From: a virus
Lineage: Duplodnaviria > Heunggongvirae > Uroviricota > Caudoviricetes
Virus record (IMG/VR): IMGVR_UViG_2531839440_000003
Span: 1-41,145 of that record
Length of the DNA stretch: 41,145 bases
Strand: one strand, 5' to 3'
Shown: piece by piece, positions 7,396 to 15,744 of the stretch
Layout: each line of letters opens with the position of its first letter
How positions within the stretch are numbered: position 1 is the first letter of the stretch
Translations under genes and position numbers: made by a program
The notes under the pieces: generated by a model
What the model saw: the letters and a program-made list of their open reading frames with translations, nothing else
The model's database searches: none
What the model was told of the DNA's origin: nothing

Positions 7396-8341
7396 ACGCC
7401 CACTGGTTATAAACACGCAGCTGGCAATGAAAATTGGCTTAAACGAAGCCATTGTTTTGCAACAACTGCACTACTGGTTGAGAGATACCAACTCCGGCAT
7501 GGAATGTGATGGTGTTCGCTGGATTTATAACACAACGGAACAATGGCTGGAACAGTTCCCGTTCTGGTCAGAGTCAACGTTAAAGCGCGCGTTTGCAAGT
7601 CTGAAAACGCTGGGGCTTTTGCGTTGTGAAAAGCTCAATAAATCAAAGCGCGATATGACCAATTTCTACACGATCAACTACGGGAACGAGCTTTTAGATG
7701 GTGGCAAAGTGAGCGAATCCATCGGTTCAAAATGCGCCGCTCCATCAGGTCAAAATGACACGATGGAAGAGATCAAAATGAAACGCTCCATTGGTTCAAA
7801 ACGACTCAATGTCATCGGGTCAAAATGGCCTGATGATCTTACAGAGAATACAACAGAGATTACTACAGAGAATAAAAACACTTCTCGTCCGGAAGCTTCG
7901 CAACCGGACCCGCAGACGGTTGAACAGGATTTTTTAACCCGACACCCTGACGCGGTTGTGTTCAGTGCAAAAAAACGCCAGTGGGGCAACCAGGAAGATT
8001 TGGCGTGTGCGCAGTGGATCTGGGGACGAATCGTGAGTCTTTACGAGCAGGCCGCCAGCGATGATGGCGAGATTTCGCGACCGAAAGAACCCAACTGGAC
8101 CGCATGGGCCAACGACGTGCGCACAATGCGGATGCTGGATGGCAGAACTCACAGACAAATTTGTGAAATGTTTGGTCGGGTGCAGCGGGATCCATTCTGG
8201 GTAAAAAATATCATGAGTCCGTCAAAGCTTCGCGAAAAATGGGATGAACTGGTTATCCGCCTGGGGCGTTCGTCTGTACAGCGTTGTGTGAATCATATTT
8301 CTGAGCCGGATACCGAAATTCCGCCGGGGTTCAGGGGGTAA
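7376..8341 (+). CDS. Replication initiation protein (iteron-binding, O-like/DnaD-like)
   Basis: ATG at 7376; located upstream of DnaC-like loader; gene body contains iterons 7718..7827. Confidence 0.7.
   Translation: MSLLFAERPLVINTQLAMKIGLNEAIVLQQLHYWLRDTNSGMECDGVRWIYNTTEQWLEQFPFWSESTLKRAFASLKTLGLLRCEKLNKSKRDMTNFYTINYGNELLDGGKVSESIGSKCAAPSGQNDTMEEIKMKRSIGSKRLNVIGSKWPDDLTENTTEITTENKNTSRPEASQPDPQTVEQDFLTRHPDAVVFSAKKRQWGNQEDLACAQWIWGRIVSLYEQAASDDGEISRPKEPNWTAWANDVRTMRMLDGRTHRQICEMFGRVQRDPFWVKNIMSPSKLREKWDELVIRLGRSSVQRCVNHISEPDTEIPPGFRG
7718..7880 (+). repeat. Replication origin: five 17-bp iterons at 23-bp spacing followed by A/T-rich ACAGAGAAT repeats
   Basis: Iterons TCCATCGGTTCAAAATG (7718), TCCATCAGGTCAAAATG (7741), degenerate GAAGAGATCAAAATG (7766), TCCATTGGTTCAAAACG (7787), GTCATCGGGTCAAAATG (7811); then ACAGAGAATA copies at 7841..7877. 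Confidence 0.6.
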
Positions 8342-8347
8342 CGGGCC

Positions 8348-9094
8348 ATGAAAAATATCGCGACAGGTGGTGTTCTTGAGCGTATCCGTAAGCTGACCCC
8401 GCAGCATGTAATCGCGCCGTACCGGACAGTGGACGAGTGGCGCGAGTGGCAACTGGCAGAAGGGCGAAAACGTAGCGAGGAGATCAACCGCCAGAATCGC
8501 CAGTTGCGGGTGGAAAAAATCCTGAATCGTTCGGGCATCCAGCCTCTGCACAGCAAATGCTCGTTTGCGAATTATCAGGTGCAGAACGACGGGCAAAAAC
8601 ACGCGCTGAGCCAGGCAAAATCTATCGCTGACGAACTGATGACCGGGTGCACGAATTTTGTGTTCAGCGGTAAGCCGGGTACCGGAAAGAACCACCTTGC
8701 AGCCGCCATTGGCAATCATCTTCTGGCGAAAGGTCGCAGCGTGATTGTGATAACGGTGGCTGATGTGATGCTGGCGTTACACAACAGCTACGACAACAAA
8801 AACTCAGGCGAAAAATTTTTACAGGGGTTGTGTGATGTTGACCTGCTTGTCCTGGATGAAATCGGAATGCAGCGGGATACGCGCAACGAGCAGGTCACAC
8901 TGAACCAGATAGTCGACCGCAGAACGGCTTCGATGCGTAGTGTCGGAATGCTGACGAACCTGAACCACGTAGCGATGAGTACGCTTCTTGGCGAGCGTGT
9001 GATGGACCGCATGGTCATGAACGGTGGTCGCTGGGTGAATTTTAACTGGGAGAGCTGGCGTTCGAATGTCAGACACCTGAGGGTTGTGAAGTAA
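8348..9094 (+). CDS. DnaC-like replicative helicase loader (IstB-type AAA+ ATPase)
   Basis: Walker A FSGKPGTGKNHLAAAIG, Walker B DLLVLDEIG; follows initiator gene. Confidence 0.85.
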   Translation: MKNIATGGVLERIRKLTPQHVIAPYRTVDEWREWQLAEGRKRSEEINRQNRQLRVEKILNRSGIQPLHSKCSFANYQVQNDGQKHALSQAKSIADELMTGCTNFVFSGKPGTGKNHLAAAIGNHLLAKGRSVIVITVADVMLALHNSYDNKNSGEKFLQGLCDVDLLVLDEIGMQRDTRNEQVTLNQIVDRRTASMRSVGMLTNLNHVAMSTLLGERVMDRMVMNGGRWVNFNWESWRSNVRHLRVVK

Positions 9095-9108
9095 TTTCAG
9101 GAGGACTT

Positions 9109-9525
9109 ATGGTAAAAGTTTTTACTCCCGAACAACGGGAAGAAGTAAAGGCGCGTATTGTGGAACTGGTACGCAGAGATGGTAGGAAAACGCGTAAACA
9201 ACTGGAAAATGAAACAGGGGCGACGAGACATCTGATTGAAGTTCTGGCGAAAGAACTGGTAGACAGTGGTGTTGTATATGGTTCAGGGCATGGAATATTC
9301 CCTTCTGAGCAGGTACGTAAAGACTGGATAAAAGCCCATAAAGAGATGTCTAAAGGTGCAGCGAAAAAGAAGAGCGACCCTGGCCTGATTTATTCATTAC
9401 CAGATGGAGAGATACGCCACTACGACAGGCGTCAGAACATAATCTGTCTCGAGTGCCAGAAAAGCAAGGTTATGCAGCGTGTGCTGGCATTTTATCAGGG
9501 TAATTTTCAGGAGGTGATGGCGTGA
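9109..9525 (+). CDS. Hypothetical protein
   Basis: 138-aa ORF with AGGAGG RBS; translationally coupled to next gene. Confidence 0.5.
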   Translation: MVKVFTPEQREEVKARIVELVRRDGRKTRKQLENETGATRHLIEVLAKELVDSGVVYGSGHGIFPSEQVRKDWIKAHKEMSKGAAKKKSDPGLIYSLPDGEIRHYDRRQNIICLECQKSKVMQRVLAFYQGNFQEVMA

Positions 9526-9818
9526 GGGTGAGGGTTTATATCGCCGGTCCAATGACGGGGTATGAAAATTTCAACCGTGAGGCGTTTCACAAGGCAGAAG
9601 AGGAACTGAAACGGGAAGGGCATACCGTTTTAAATCCGGCTGTGCTTCCGGATGGGCTGACACAGCCGCACTACATGGATATTTGCATGGCAATGATTCG
9701 TTGTGTGGATGCGATTTACATGCTGAAAGGCTGGCAGCGGTCAGCGGGCGCTAAGGCAGAGCTGGCACTGGCGGAGAAACTGGGGCATGCGGTGATTTAT
9801 CAGGAGGTGGCTCAATGA
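9522..9818 (+). CDS. DUF4406-like protein (nucleoside deoxyribosyltransferase-like fold, tentative)
   Basis: 98 aa, begins MRVRVYIAGPMTGYENFNREAF, typical of the DUF4406 family as I recall it. Confidence 0.5.
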   Translation: MRVRVYIAGPMTGYENFNREAFHKAEEELKREGHTVLNPAVLPDGLTQPHYMDICMAMIRCVDAIYMLKGWQRSAGAKAELALAEKLGHAVIYQEVAQ

Positions 9819-10276
9819 GAGAGGTTAACTATGAGGCGCTTCGTGAGGCAGCACAAAACTATCAGTCGACGCTGGCGTGGTATCAGGCTATCCCGGACAG
9901 CCCAAATGCTGAACGGGATTGTGATGCGGCTCTTGCTGCGTTTAAGCGTCACATCCGTCATCGGGAAGCGGATATTATCGCTGATTTGCTGGATGGACTG
10001 GAAGAAGCAAAATCACAACTCAACGAGCAGCGTGAGTATTACGAAGGCGTTATCTCTGATGGGAGCAAGCGTATTGCTGAACTGGAAGCGCGGGAAGTTC
10101 AATTACCGACTCGCTACGACCTTCGATATGGACACCCGGTAAATGCAGATGAGCGACATGTCATGATACCTAAAGAAAATGGCAGTTGGCTTTACCTGAT
10201 TGACCTAGAACACGCATTACGCGTCGCTGGCATTCGCATCAAAGGAGAGGAGCATGGAAATAAAACCAGAGGATGA
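9815..10276 (+). CDS. Hypothetical protein
   Basis: 153-aa ORF, start overlaps previous stop (ATGA). Confidence 0.5.
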   Translation: MREVNYEALREAAQNYQSTLAWYQAIPDSPNAERDCDAALAAFKRHIRHREADIIADLLDGLEEAKSQLNEQREYYEGVISDGSKRIAELEAREVQLPTRYDLRYGHPVNADERHVMIPKENGSWLYLIDLEHALRVAGIRIKGEEHGNKTRG

Positions 10277-10610
10277 GTTAAGCAATATCGTTTTATTTCC
10301 GGTAAAAGAGGATGACCCTCGTAATCAGGTTAATTTTCTTTATGAGCCATCGGAAAGACCATATTGTCATCACGCCTCTGTCCGGGTTGACGAAAAAGAG
10401 CGTCAGGTCCGCTGTAAAATCTGCGGTGCAGTTGTGGAGCCATTTGACTGGATGCTCTCTGTGGCGAAAAGAGAAACCAGACTGGCAGATGATGTAAGGC
10501 TCTTGCGTCAGGAGGAGCGGGAAAGGCGAAAAAATATAGAAAAGCTAATTCAGATTGAGCGTAACGCGAAAGCGCGGATACGCAGGGCGACAAAATCCAG
10601 AACTGAATAA
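10254..10610 (+). CDS. Hypothetical zinc-ribbon protein
   Basis: 118 aa with paired Cys/His cluster CHH...CKICG and basic C-terminal tail. Confidence 0.5.
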   Translation: MEIKPEDELSNIVLFPVKEDDPRNQVNFLYEPSERPYCHHASVRVDEKERQVRCKICGAVVEPFDWMLSVAKRETRLADDVRLLRQEERERRKNIEKLIQIERNAKARIRRATKSRTE

Positions 10611-10703
10611 TTAAATTTAGCTCTGTTAAAAATTTAATCCTTAACCGGAGGGATTTCTGCACCCTCAGAACATCAGGAGGCCGCCCGAAAGGGCGGTAGT
10701 TAA

Positions 10704-10886
10704 ATGCGAAAGTTTAAAATAATTATTGAAACGGGAATAGCCGGTGGAGATTTCGAGGATGAATTCGAAGTGGATGATGATGCGACGCCTGATGAAATAC
10801 ATGACGAAGCAAAAGATATTTTCTTTAACTACTGCAATTACTCATATCACGAAATAAAAGACGAAGAGGAAGAACAAAATGGCTGA
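10704..10886 (+). CDS. Very acidic 60-aa protein
   Basis: About 40 percent D/E; SD AGGAGG (10675..10680) separated from AUG by hairpin CCGCCCGAAAGGGCGG. Confidence 0.45.
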   Translation: MRKFKIIIETGIAGGDFEDEFEVDDDATPDEIHDEAKDIFFNYCNYSYHEIKDEEEEQNG

Positions 10887-11055
10887 TTTTGGTTCAACTA
10901 AATACAACGTCAGTTTTGAAGAATGGCATGAACTGTTAATGGACTATGCAGAGTTACGTGGTGGCAGTGCTGCTGATGCTGAAGCATGGCGTGATGATTA
11001 TGAAGCAGGAAAAACTCCGGTCGAAGCATATTGTGATGAGTGGGGCGATGAATGA
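10879..11055 (+). CDS. Acidic 58-aa protein
   Basis: Hand-found (below track cutoff): MADFGSTKYNVSFEEWHELLMDYAELRGGSAADAEAWRDDYEAGKTPVEAYCDEWGDE; overlaps both neighbours. Confidence 0.4.
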   Translation: MADFGSTKYNVSFEEWHELLMDYAELRGGSAADAEAWRDDYEAGKTPVEAYCDEWGDE

Positions 11056-11567
11056 GCGAGATTAATTATCAGGAAGGGCATGAAACGGCAGGGCAGGCAA
11101 AACCAGTTGCATGGCGATATCGCTACGTGAAAAAAGACGTTACAGACTTTCAGGGGAAGCCGTGGGCTGGTGACTGGAAATATGTACCGACAAAAGAGGA
11201 TTGTAACGACAGGCCGAACTATGAAATTCAGGCCTTATTCATCGGCCCGCCAGTCCCGGTGACATCAGAAGGACTGGTTAAAGCCGTGCGCTTTTATGAA
11301 CAGGTAAAGCGTGAGAATCCGCCAGTCGAAACAGGAGAATGGAAGGATGCTGTTGACTGGGTGCTCAGAGAGGCCTGCTGCGCTGCCATTCTGGGTAAAG
11401 CTGACAATCCACCAGCATCCGGCAATCAGGTTAGCGAATTAACAATGTGGGTTAAACGACTGGTCAGTCAACTGAAAAAAGCTCAGCCGGACTGCAAATT
11501 ACCGGAGAAGGCGATGGATTACCTGAAACGAAATGGACTGATAAGCGTGGAGGATGTTTTACGATGA
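11052..11567 (+). CDS. Hypothetical protein
   Basis: 171-aa ORF, start overlaps upstream stop (ATGA). Confidence 0.5.
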   Translation: MSEINYQEGHETAGQAKPVAWRYRYVKKDVTDFQGKPWAGDWKYVPTKEDCNDRPNYEIQALFIGPPVPVTSEGLVKAVRFYEQVKRENPPVETGEWKDAVDWVLREACCAAILGKADNPPASGNQVSELTMWVKRLVSQLKKAQPDCKLPEKAMDYLKRNGLISVEDVLR

Positions 11568-11687
11568 ATATTTAGACTAAAGAGTTTGTAACGCTATGTA
11601 AGTGATTTTTTCTGGTTTAGATATTTATATGTCCGGCCAAATTGAGGTGTGTTTAAATGTTATTGCACATTGATTGTAGGGGGAATA

Positions 11688-11867
11688 ATGAAAAACGCAT
11701 TGCAGTTTTTGTTTGTTGCGTTCTGGTTGTTCGCATCATGTATGCCCATCATCTTCACAGCAAGGTATATGGAAAAAATTGATGTTTTGATATTAATGTT
11801 TGGACATATAAATGCCCTTTTTTTAGGGGTGTTCATGGCGGTCATGTGCATTGAATACTGGCGGTAA
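11688..11867 (+). CDS. Small two-helix membrane protein in low-GC island
   Basis: 59 aa from ATG 11688 (GGGGGA RBS); two hydrophobic helices; AT-rich surroundings. Confidence 0.4.
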   Translation: MKNALQFLFVAFWLFASCMPIIFTARYMEKIDVLILMFGHINALFLGVFMAVMCIEYWR

Positions 11868-12126
11868 ATACAGCGAACGCCATTGGTTTAGTTGGATATT
11901 TACTGTGCCGGACAAAAACGGTTTGCGGGGAAATCTTAGTTAAGTAGAATAACTGCGGGTGCTTGAGGCTATCTGTCTCAGGCATGAACACCAAAAGGCA
12001 GATAGAGAAAAGCCCCAGTTAACATTACGCGTCCTGCAAGACGCTTAACATTAATCTGAGGCCCAATCTATGTCTCACAAATGTAGGTTAGCCTCTTACG
12101 TGCCGAAAGGCAAGGAGAAGCAGGCT

Positions 12127-12282
12127 ATGAAGCAGCAAAAGGCGATGTTAATCGCCCTGATCGTCATCTGTTTAACCGTCATAGTGACGGCACTGGTAAC
12201 GAGGAAAGACCTCTGCGAGGTACGAATCCGAACCGGCCAGATGGAGGTTGCTGTTTTCGTAGACTACGAATCTAGAGAGTAA
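12127..12282 (+). CDS. hok: Hok/Gef-family type I toxin
   Basis: 51 aa MKQQKAMLIALIVICLTVIVTALVTRKDLCEVRIRTGQMEVAVFVDYESRE, closely resembling Hok (..[34 protein letters not shown].AYES); AAGGAG RBS; in-frame upstream extension from 12070. Confidence 0.8.
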   Translation: MKQQKAMLIALIVICLTVIVTALVTRKDLCEVRIRTGQMEVAVFVDYESRE

Positions 12283-12291
12283 GAGTGACCT

Positions 12292-12313
12292 GGCGGGAGA
12301 GTAATCTCCCGCC
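12292..12313 (+). other. 3' stem-loop of hok mRNA (fbi-like element)
   Basis: 9-bp stem GGCGGGAGA/TCTCCCGCC with 4-nt loop, 10 nt after hok stop; no T-run. Confidence 0.45.
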
Positions 12314-12498
12314 ACCTCTGATGTGTCGGCATCCTCAACGCACCCGCACTTAACCCGCTTCGACGGTTTTTGTTTTATTTTCAATGCGTTTTAACTTTTT
12401 TAAGACACCGGATATAGAATCCAAAACACTTAAGTAGCGCGCAGGGATAAGAGGGATGGCCCCCTGAAGGGGAGAGCTAATTATCCGGAAGGATTCTG

Positions 12499-12762
12499 AT
12501 GATGAACATCGAAGAACTGCGTAAAATTTTTTGTGAAGATGGCCTCTATGCTGTGTGCGTTGAAAATGGAAATATTGTTAGTCATTGCCGCGTTCTGTGT
12601 TTGCGAAAGAAGCAAAGAAAGAGTGGGGCTGCGTTAATTAATTTTGTGGATGCTCGGGTGACGGACGGATTTATCTTGCGCGACGATGAGTTTGCCACTT
12701 CATTACAGGCATTGAAAGAGATCGGAATAAAAGCTGGCTTTTCTGCTTTTTCAGAAGAATAA
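12499..12762 (+). CDS. Hypothetical protein (positionally Rem-like)
   Basis: 87-aa ORF next to hok as in Qin (rem-hokD); identity not verified. Confidence 0.4.
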   Translation: MMNIEELRKIFCEDGLYAVCVENGNIVSHCRVLCLRKKQRKSGAALINFVDARVTDGFILRDDEFATSLQALKEIGIKAGFSAFSEE

Positions 12763-12828
12763 ACTCATCTACAATCTTGCGCGGGGCTGAACTCCCGCTG
12801 AGTAACACCGTGCCACCGGAGAAAACCG

Positions 12829-13107
12829 ATGGCACGCAACGCAAAATATTACAATCATAATAATTCGACCGTTCTTGCCTGCACGCACGAGCGGTATCCT
12901 CACACATTCAAATCTGACTGGTATCAGCACGACCCCTGCACCGAAGAACAGGCCGAGTGGCTGATTCAGAACTACCGCAGACGTGGGTATGAGTTTAGGA
13001 AAGCCCTCAGCCTCGATTATCGTCTCTGGATAATCTACGTCAGACTCCCTTATTCCGAACGCCCACCGCGTCCGTCCCGCACATTCCAGCAACGGATCTG
13101 GAGGTAA
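12829..13107 (+). CDS. Hypothetical protein
   Basis: 92-aa ORF in nin-like region. Confidence 0.45.
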   Translation: MARNAKYYNHNNSTVLACTHERYPHTFKSDWYQHDPCTEEQAEWLIQNYRRRGYEFRKALSLDYRLWIIYVRLPYSERPPRPSRTFQQRIWR

Positions 13108-13108
13108 C

Positions 13109-14167
13109 GTGCGGGTATTACTTCGATCTGTTCCGGTACCGGAACTTGGGCTGGTGGTCCTTAAGCCTGGTCGTGAATCCATGCAGGTATTCCGCAGCGG
13201 TCGTGTACTGGTGGAGCCGGAACCGAAAAGCATGCGCGGTCTGCCGTCCGGAGTCGTTCCTGCCGTTCGCCAGCCATTGGCGGAGGATAAATCACTACTG
13301 CCATTTTTCAGCGATGAGCGGGTGATTCGTGCTGCTGGCGGTGCTGGTGCGCTGTCTGACTGGCTGTTACGCCACGTTAAATCCTGCCAGTGGCCTCATG
13401 GTGACTATCATCACAGTGAAATCGTCATACATCGTTACGGTACCGGCGCGATGGTGTTGTGCTGGCACTGCGACAACCAGCTGCGTGACCAGACCTCCGA
13501 ATCACTCGGGCAACTTGCTCATCAAAACCTGTCAGCATGGATGATTGACGTCATACGCCATGCAGTGAATGGCACGCAGGAGCGGGAATTATCGCTGGCT
13601 GAATTGTGCTGCTGGGCTTCTGTAAATGATGTAGTGGATGCCATGACCGAAAATATGGCGCGTCGAATCCTGAAGCTTCCGAGTGAAAAAATCCGCTCAG
13701 TATACCGCGAGAGCGACATCGTACCGGGAGAGCAGACCGCCATCAGCATACTGAAGCAGCGCACAAAAAATATTGCGCCGTTGCCTCACGCCCACCAGCA
13801 ACAGAATCCACCACAGGAAAAGACGGTGGTCAGCATTGCCGTTGATCCGGAGTCACCGGCTCAGTATCTCCAGCGCCAGAAACCACAACGGGAAGATATG
13901 CCTGTATACACGCGTTGGGTAAAAACGCAGAAATGCATGACGTGTGGCAATCAGGCAGATGATCCGCATCACATCATTGGTCATGGACTGGGAGGGATGG
14001 GAACAAAGGCTGATGATTTGTTTGTTATTCCGCTGTGCCGTAAATGCCATAGCGAACTACACGCCGGGGTAAAAGATTTTGAAGAAAAACACGGCAGCCA
14101 GCTGTTGTTGCTGATTCGTTTTTTAATGCACGCGAGAAATTCGGGTGTCCTGAAGTGGAAAGCATGA
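13109..14167 (+). CDS. DUF968-family phage protein (YdfU-like)
   Basis: 352 aa; C-terminal Cys/His cluster CMTCGN...HHIIGHGLGG...CRKCHSELH; directly upstream of rusA. Confidence 0.6.
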   Translation: MRVLLRSVPVPELGLVVLKPGRESMQVFRSGRVLVEPEPKSMRGLPSGVVPAVRQPLAEDKSLLPFFSDERVIRAAGGAGALSDWLLRHVKSCQWPHGDYHHSEIVIHRYGTGAMVLCWHCDNQLRDQTSESLGQLAHQNLSAWMIDVIRHAVNGTQERELSLAELCCWASVNDVVDAMTENMARRILKLPSEKIRSVYRESDIVPGEQTAISILKQRTKNIAPLPHAHQQQNPPQEKTVVSIAVDPESPAQYLQRQKPQREDMPVYTRWVKTQKCMTCGNQADDPHHIIGHGLGGMGTKADDLFVIPLCRKCHSELHAGVKDFEEKHGSQLLLLIRFLMHARNSGVLKWKA

Positions 14168-14533
14168 ATGACTGAACGCATAGAATTTGTTTTGCCTTAC
14201 CCGCCAACGGTGAACACTTACTGGCGACGTCGTGGCAGCACATATTTTGTATCAAAAGCCGGTGAGCGTTATCGCCGGGATGTGGCGCTTATTGTTCGCC
14301 AGCAGCGGCTGAAATTAAACCTGTCCGGAAGGCTGGCGATAAAGATTATTGCAGAGCCACCGGATAAACGTCGTCGTGACCTGGACAATATCCTGAAAGC
14401 ACCACTGGATGCGCTGACGCATGCCGGACTTCTCATAGACGACGAGCAGTTTGATGAAATTAATATTGTGCGCGGTCAGCTCGTTCCTGGGGGGCGGCTG
14501 GGCGTGAAGATTTACAAAATTGAGAGTGAGTGA
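14168..14533 (+). CDS. rusA: Holliday junction resolvase RusA
   Basis: 121 aa; LPYPPTVNTYW and RRDLDNILKAPLDALTHAGLLIDDEQ, matching the RusA family; sits before Q-like gene. Confidence 0.85.
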   Translation: MTERIEFVLPYPPTVNTYWRRRGSTYFVSKAGERYRRDVALIVRQQRLKLNLSGRLAIKIIAEPPDKRRRDLDNILKAPLDALTHAGLLIDDEQFDEINIVRGQLVPGGRLGVKIYKIESE

Positions 14534-15084
14534 TCGTAAATATGATATACCCGGAAATTACAGGCAAAAGCGGCGAGCATTTACGTCTAAAAACGCTGGA
14601 AGCCGTCTGGATCCAGGGGAAATTACGGATGTGGGGGCGTTGGTCGTACATAGGTGGTGGCAAACCAGGAAATATGTTCAATCAGTTGCTGACATCCAAA
14701 AAACTGACAAAAACCGCGATCAATGAAGCCCTGCGTAGAATCAGGGAGTCAGGGATTGATAAGCCAGAGCTGGAAGCATTCTTGCGAGAGATGATCGCTG
14801 GCAGACAGAAGAGCTGGTTGTCTCACTGTACTGATGCAGAGGCGTTACGCATTGATGGGGTGATAAGTAAAGCGCTTGCACGTTATCCTGGATTGATTGA
14901 TATCCTGCGGCAAAGATACGAAGGGCGGGGGATGAGTAAACGCAAAATGGCTGAATTGTTGAATGAGGTTCACCCTGAGTGGTGCTATACAACATGCCGC
15001 AATCGTATAGATATGTGGCTGAGAATAGCTGAGTTTATTCTGTATCCACTGATGCGAGATGCATTTTCTTTTACTGACGCTTAG
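14530..15084 (+). CDS. Putative late-gene antiterminator (Q-like)
   Basis: 184 aa immediately upstream of a promoter plus short-transcript terminator; assignment mainly positional. Confidence 0.5.
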   Translation: MIVNMIYPEITGKSGEHLRLKTLEAVWIQGKLRMWGRWSYIGGGKPGNMFNQLLTSKKLTKTAINEALRRIRESGIDKPELEAFLREMIAGRQKSWLSHCTDAEALRIDGVISKALARYPGLIDILRQRYEGRGMSKRKMAELLNEVHPEWCYTTCRNRIDMWLRIAEFILYPLMRDAFSFTDA

Positions 15085-15249
15085 AATCTGGAGGGCGTTT
15101 GTTGTTGCACGAAGAGGATTTTTGGCTGGTAGTAAGGTTTATGCAGTTTTAGAAAAAAAGCTTGTATTTTTAGCCATAAACTGTTTCAATCCAGCTACGC
15201 TTCGCAAAGCTGTACCGCGAGGCGAATAGCAGACATGGACACCTGAAAG
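15085..15249 (+). promoter_or_regulatory. Late promoter / qut-like region
   Basis: AT-rich intergenic region with TTGCAC and TTGTAT -35-like hexamers, located between Q-like gene and tR'-like terminator. Confidence 0.4.
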
Positions 15250-15273
15250 AACCCGCTTTATGCGGGTTTTTTT
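15250..15273 (+). terminator. Intrinsic terminator (tR'-like)
   Basis: 7-bp stem AACCCGC/GCGGGTT, 5-nt loop, T5 run. Confidence 0.65.
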
Positions 15274-15396
15274 ATGCCTGAAAAACGGCACAGAACATTA
15301 AACGCGCTGGTAGTTGTGAATACTGGTCTTTCAGCTTGCTGGCTTTTTGGACAAGAGTTATTGGTATGTCACGTTAACCGGAAAAGGGAAAAAGGC

Positions 15397-15594
15397 ATGC
15401 TAAAACAGCAGGATATGACCGAAACCGCCAGAGTGGTGTTTAATGAATTAAGCGTCACCGAACCGGCGACCGTCGGGGAAATTGCGCAGAATACTTACCT
15501 TTCACGCGAACGCTGCCAGTTAATACTGACTCAGCTTGTTATGGCGGGTCTGGCAGATTATCAGTTCGGTTGTTACAGACGCCTTCCGCAGTGA
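15397..15594 (+). CDS. Small hypothetical protein (possible winged-helix)
   Basis: 65 aa from ATG at 15397; the longer track ORF starts inside the terminator T-run. Confidence 0.4.
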   Translation: MLKQQDMTETARVVFNELSVTEPATVGEIAQNTYLSRERCQLILTQLVMAGLADYQFGCYRRLPQ

Positions 15595-15744
15595 AGGCTT
15601 TTTAATTTGTGGTAATGGGCGGCTGGTGGGTGTTAGCGGCACCTGCCAGCCATCTGCTCATGCGTTGGGGTCACAAGCAAACCTCAGGCCCATCTGCTTT
15701 GCGCAAAAGCGGTATGAGCCTATCAGAGAAGTGCTTATTGATCT

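Noticed and set aside
15274-15396. N-terminal extension of the small late ORF
   Set aside because: Its start lies inside the terminator T-run with no RBS; the internal ATG at 15397 is more plausible.
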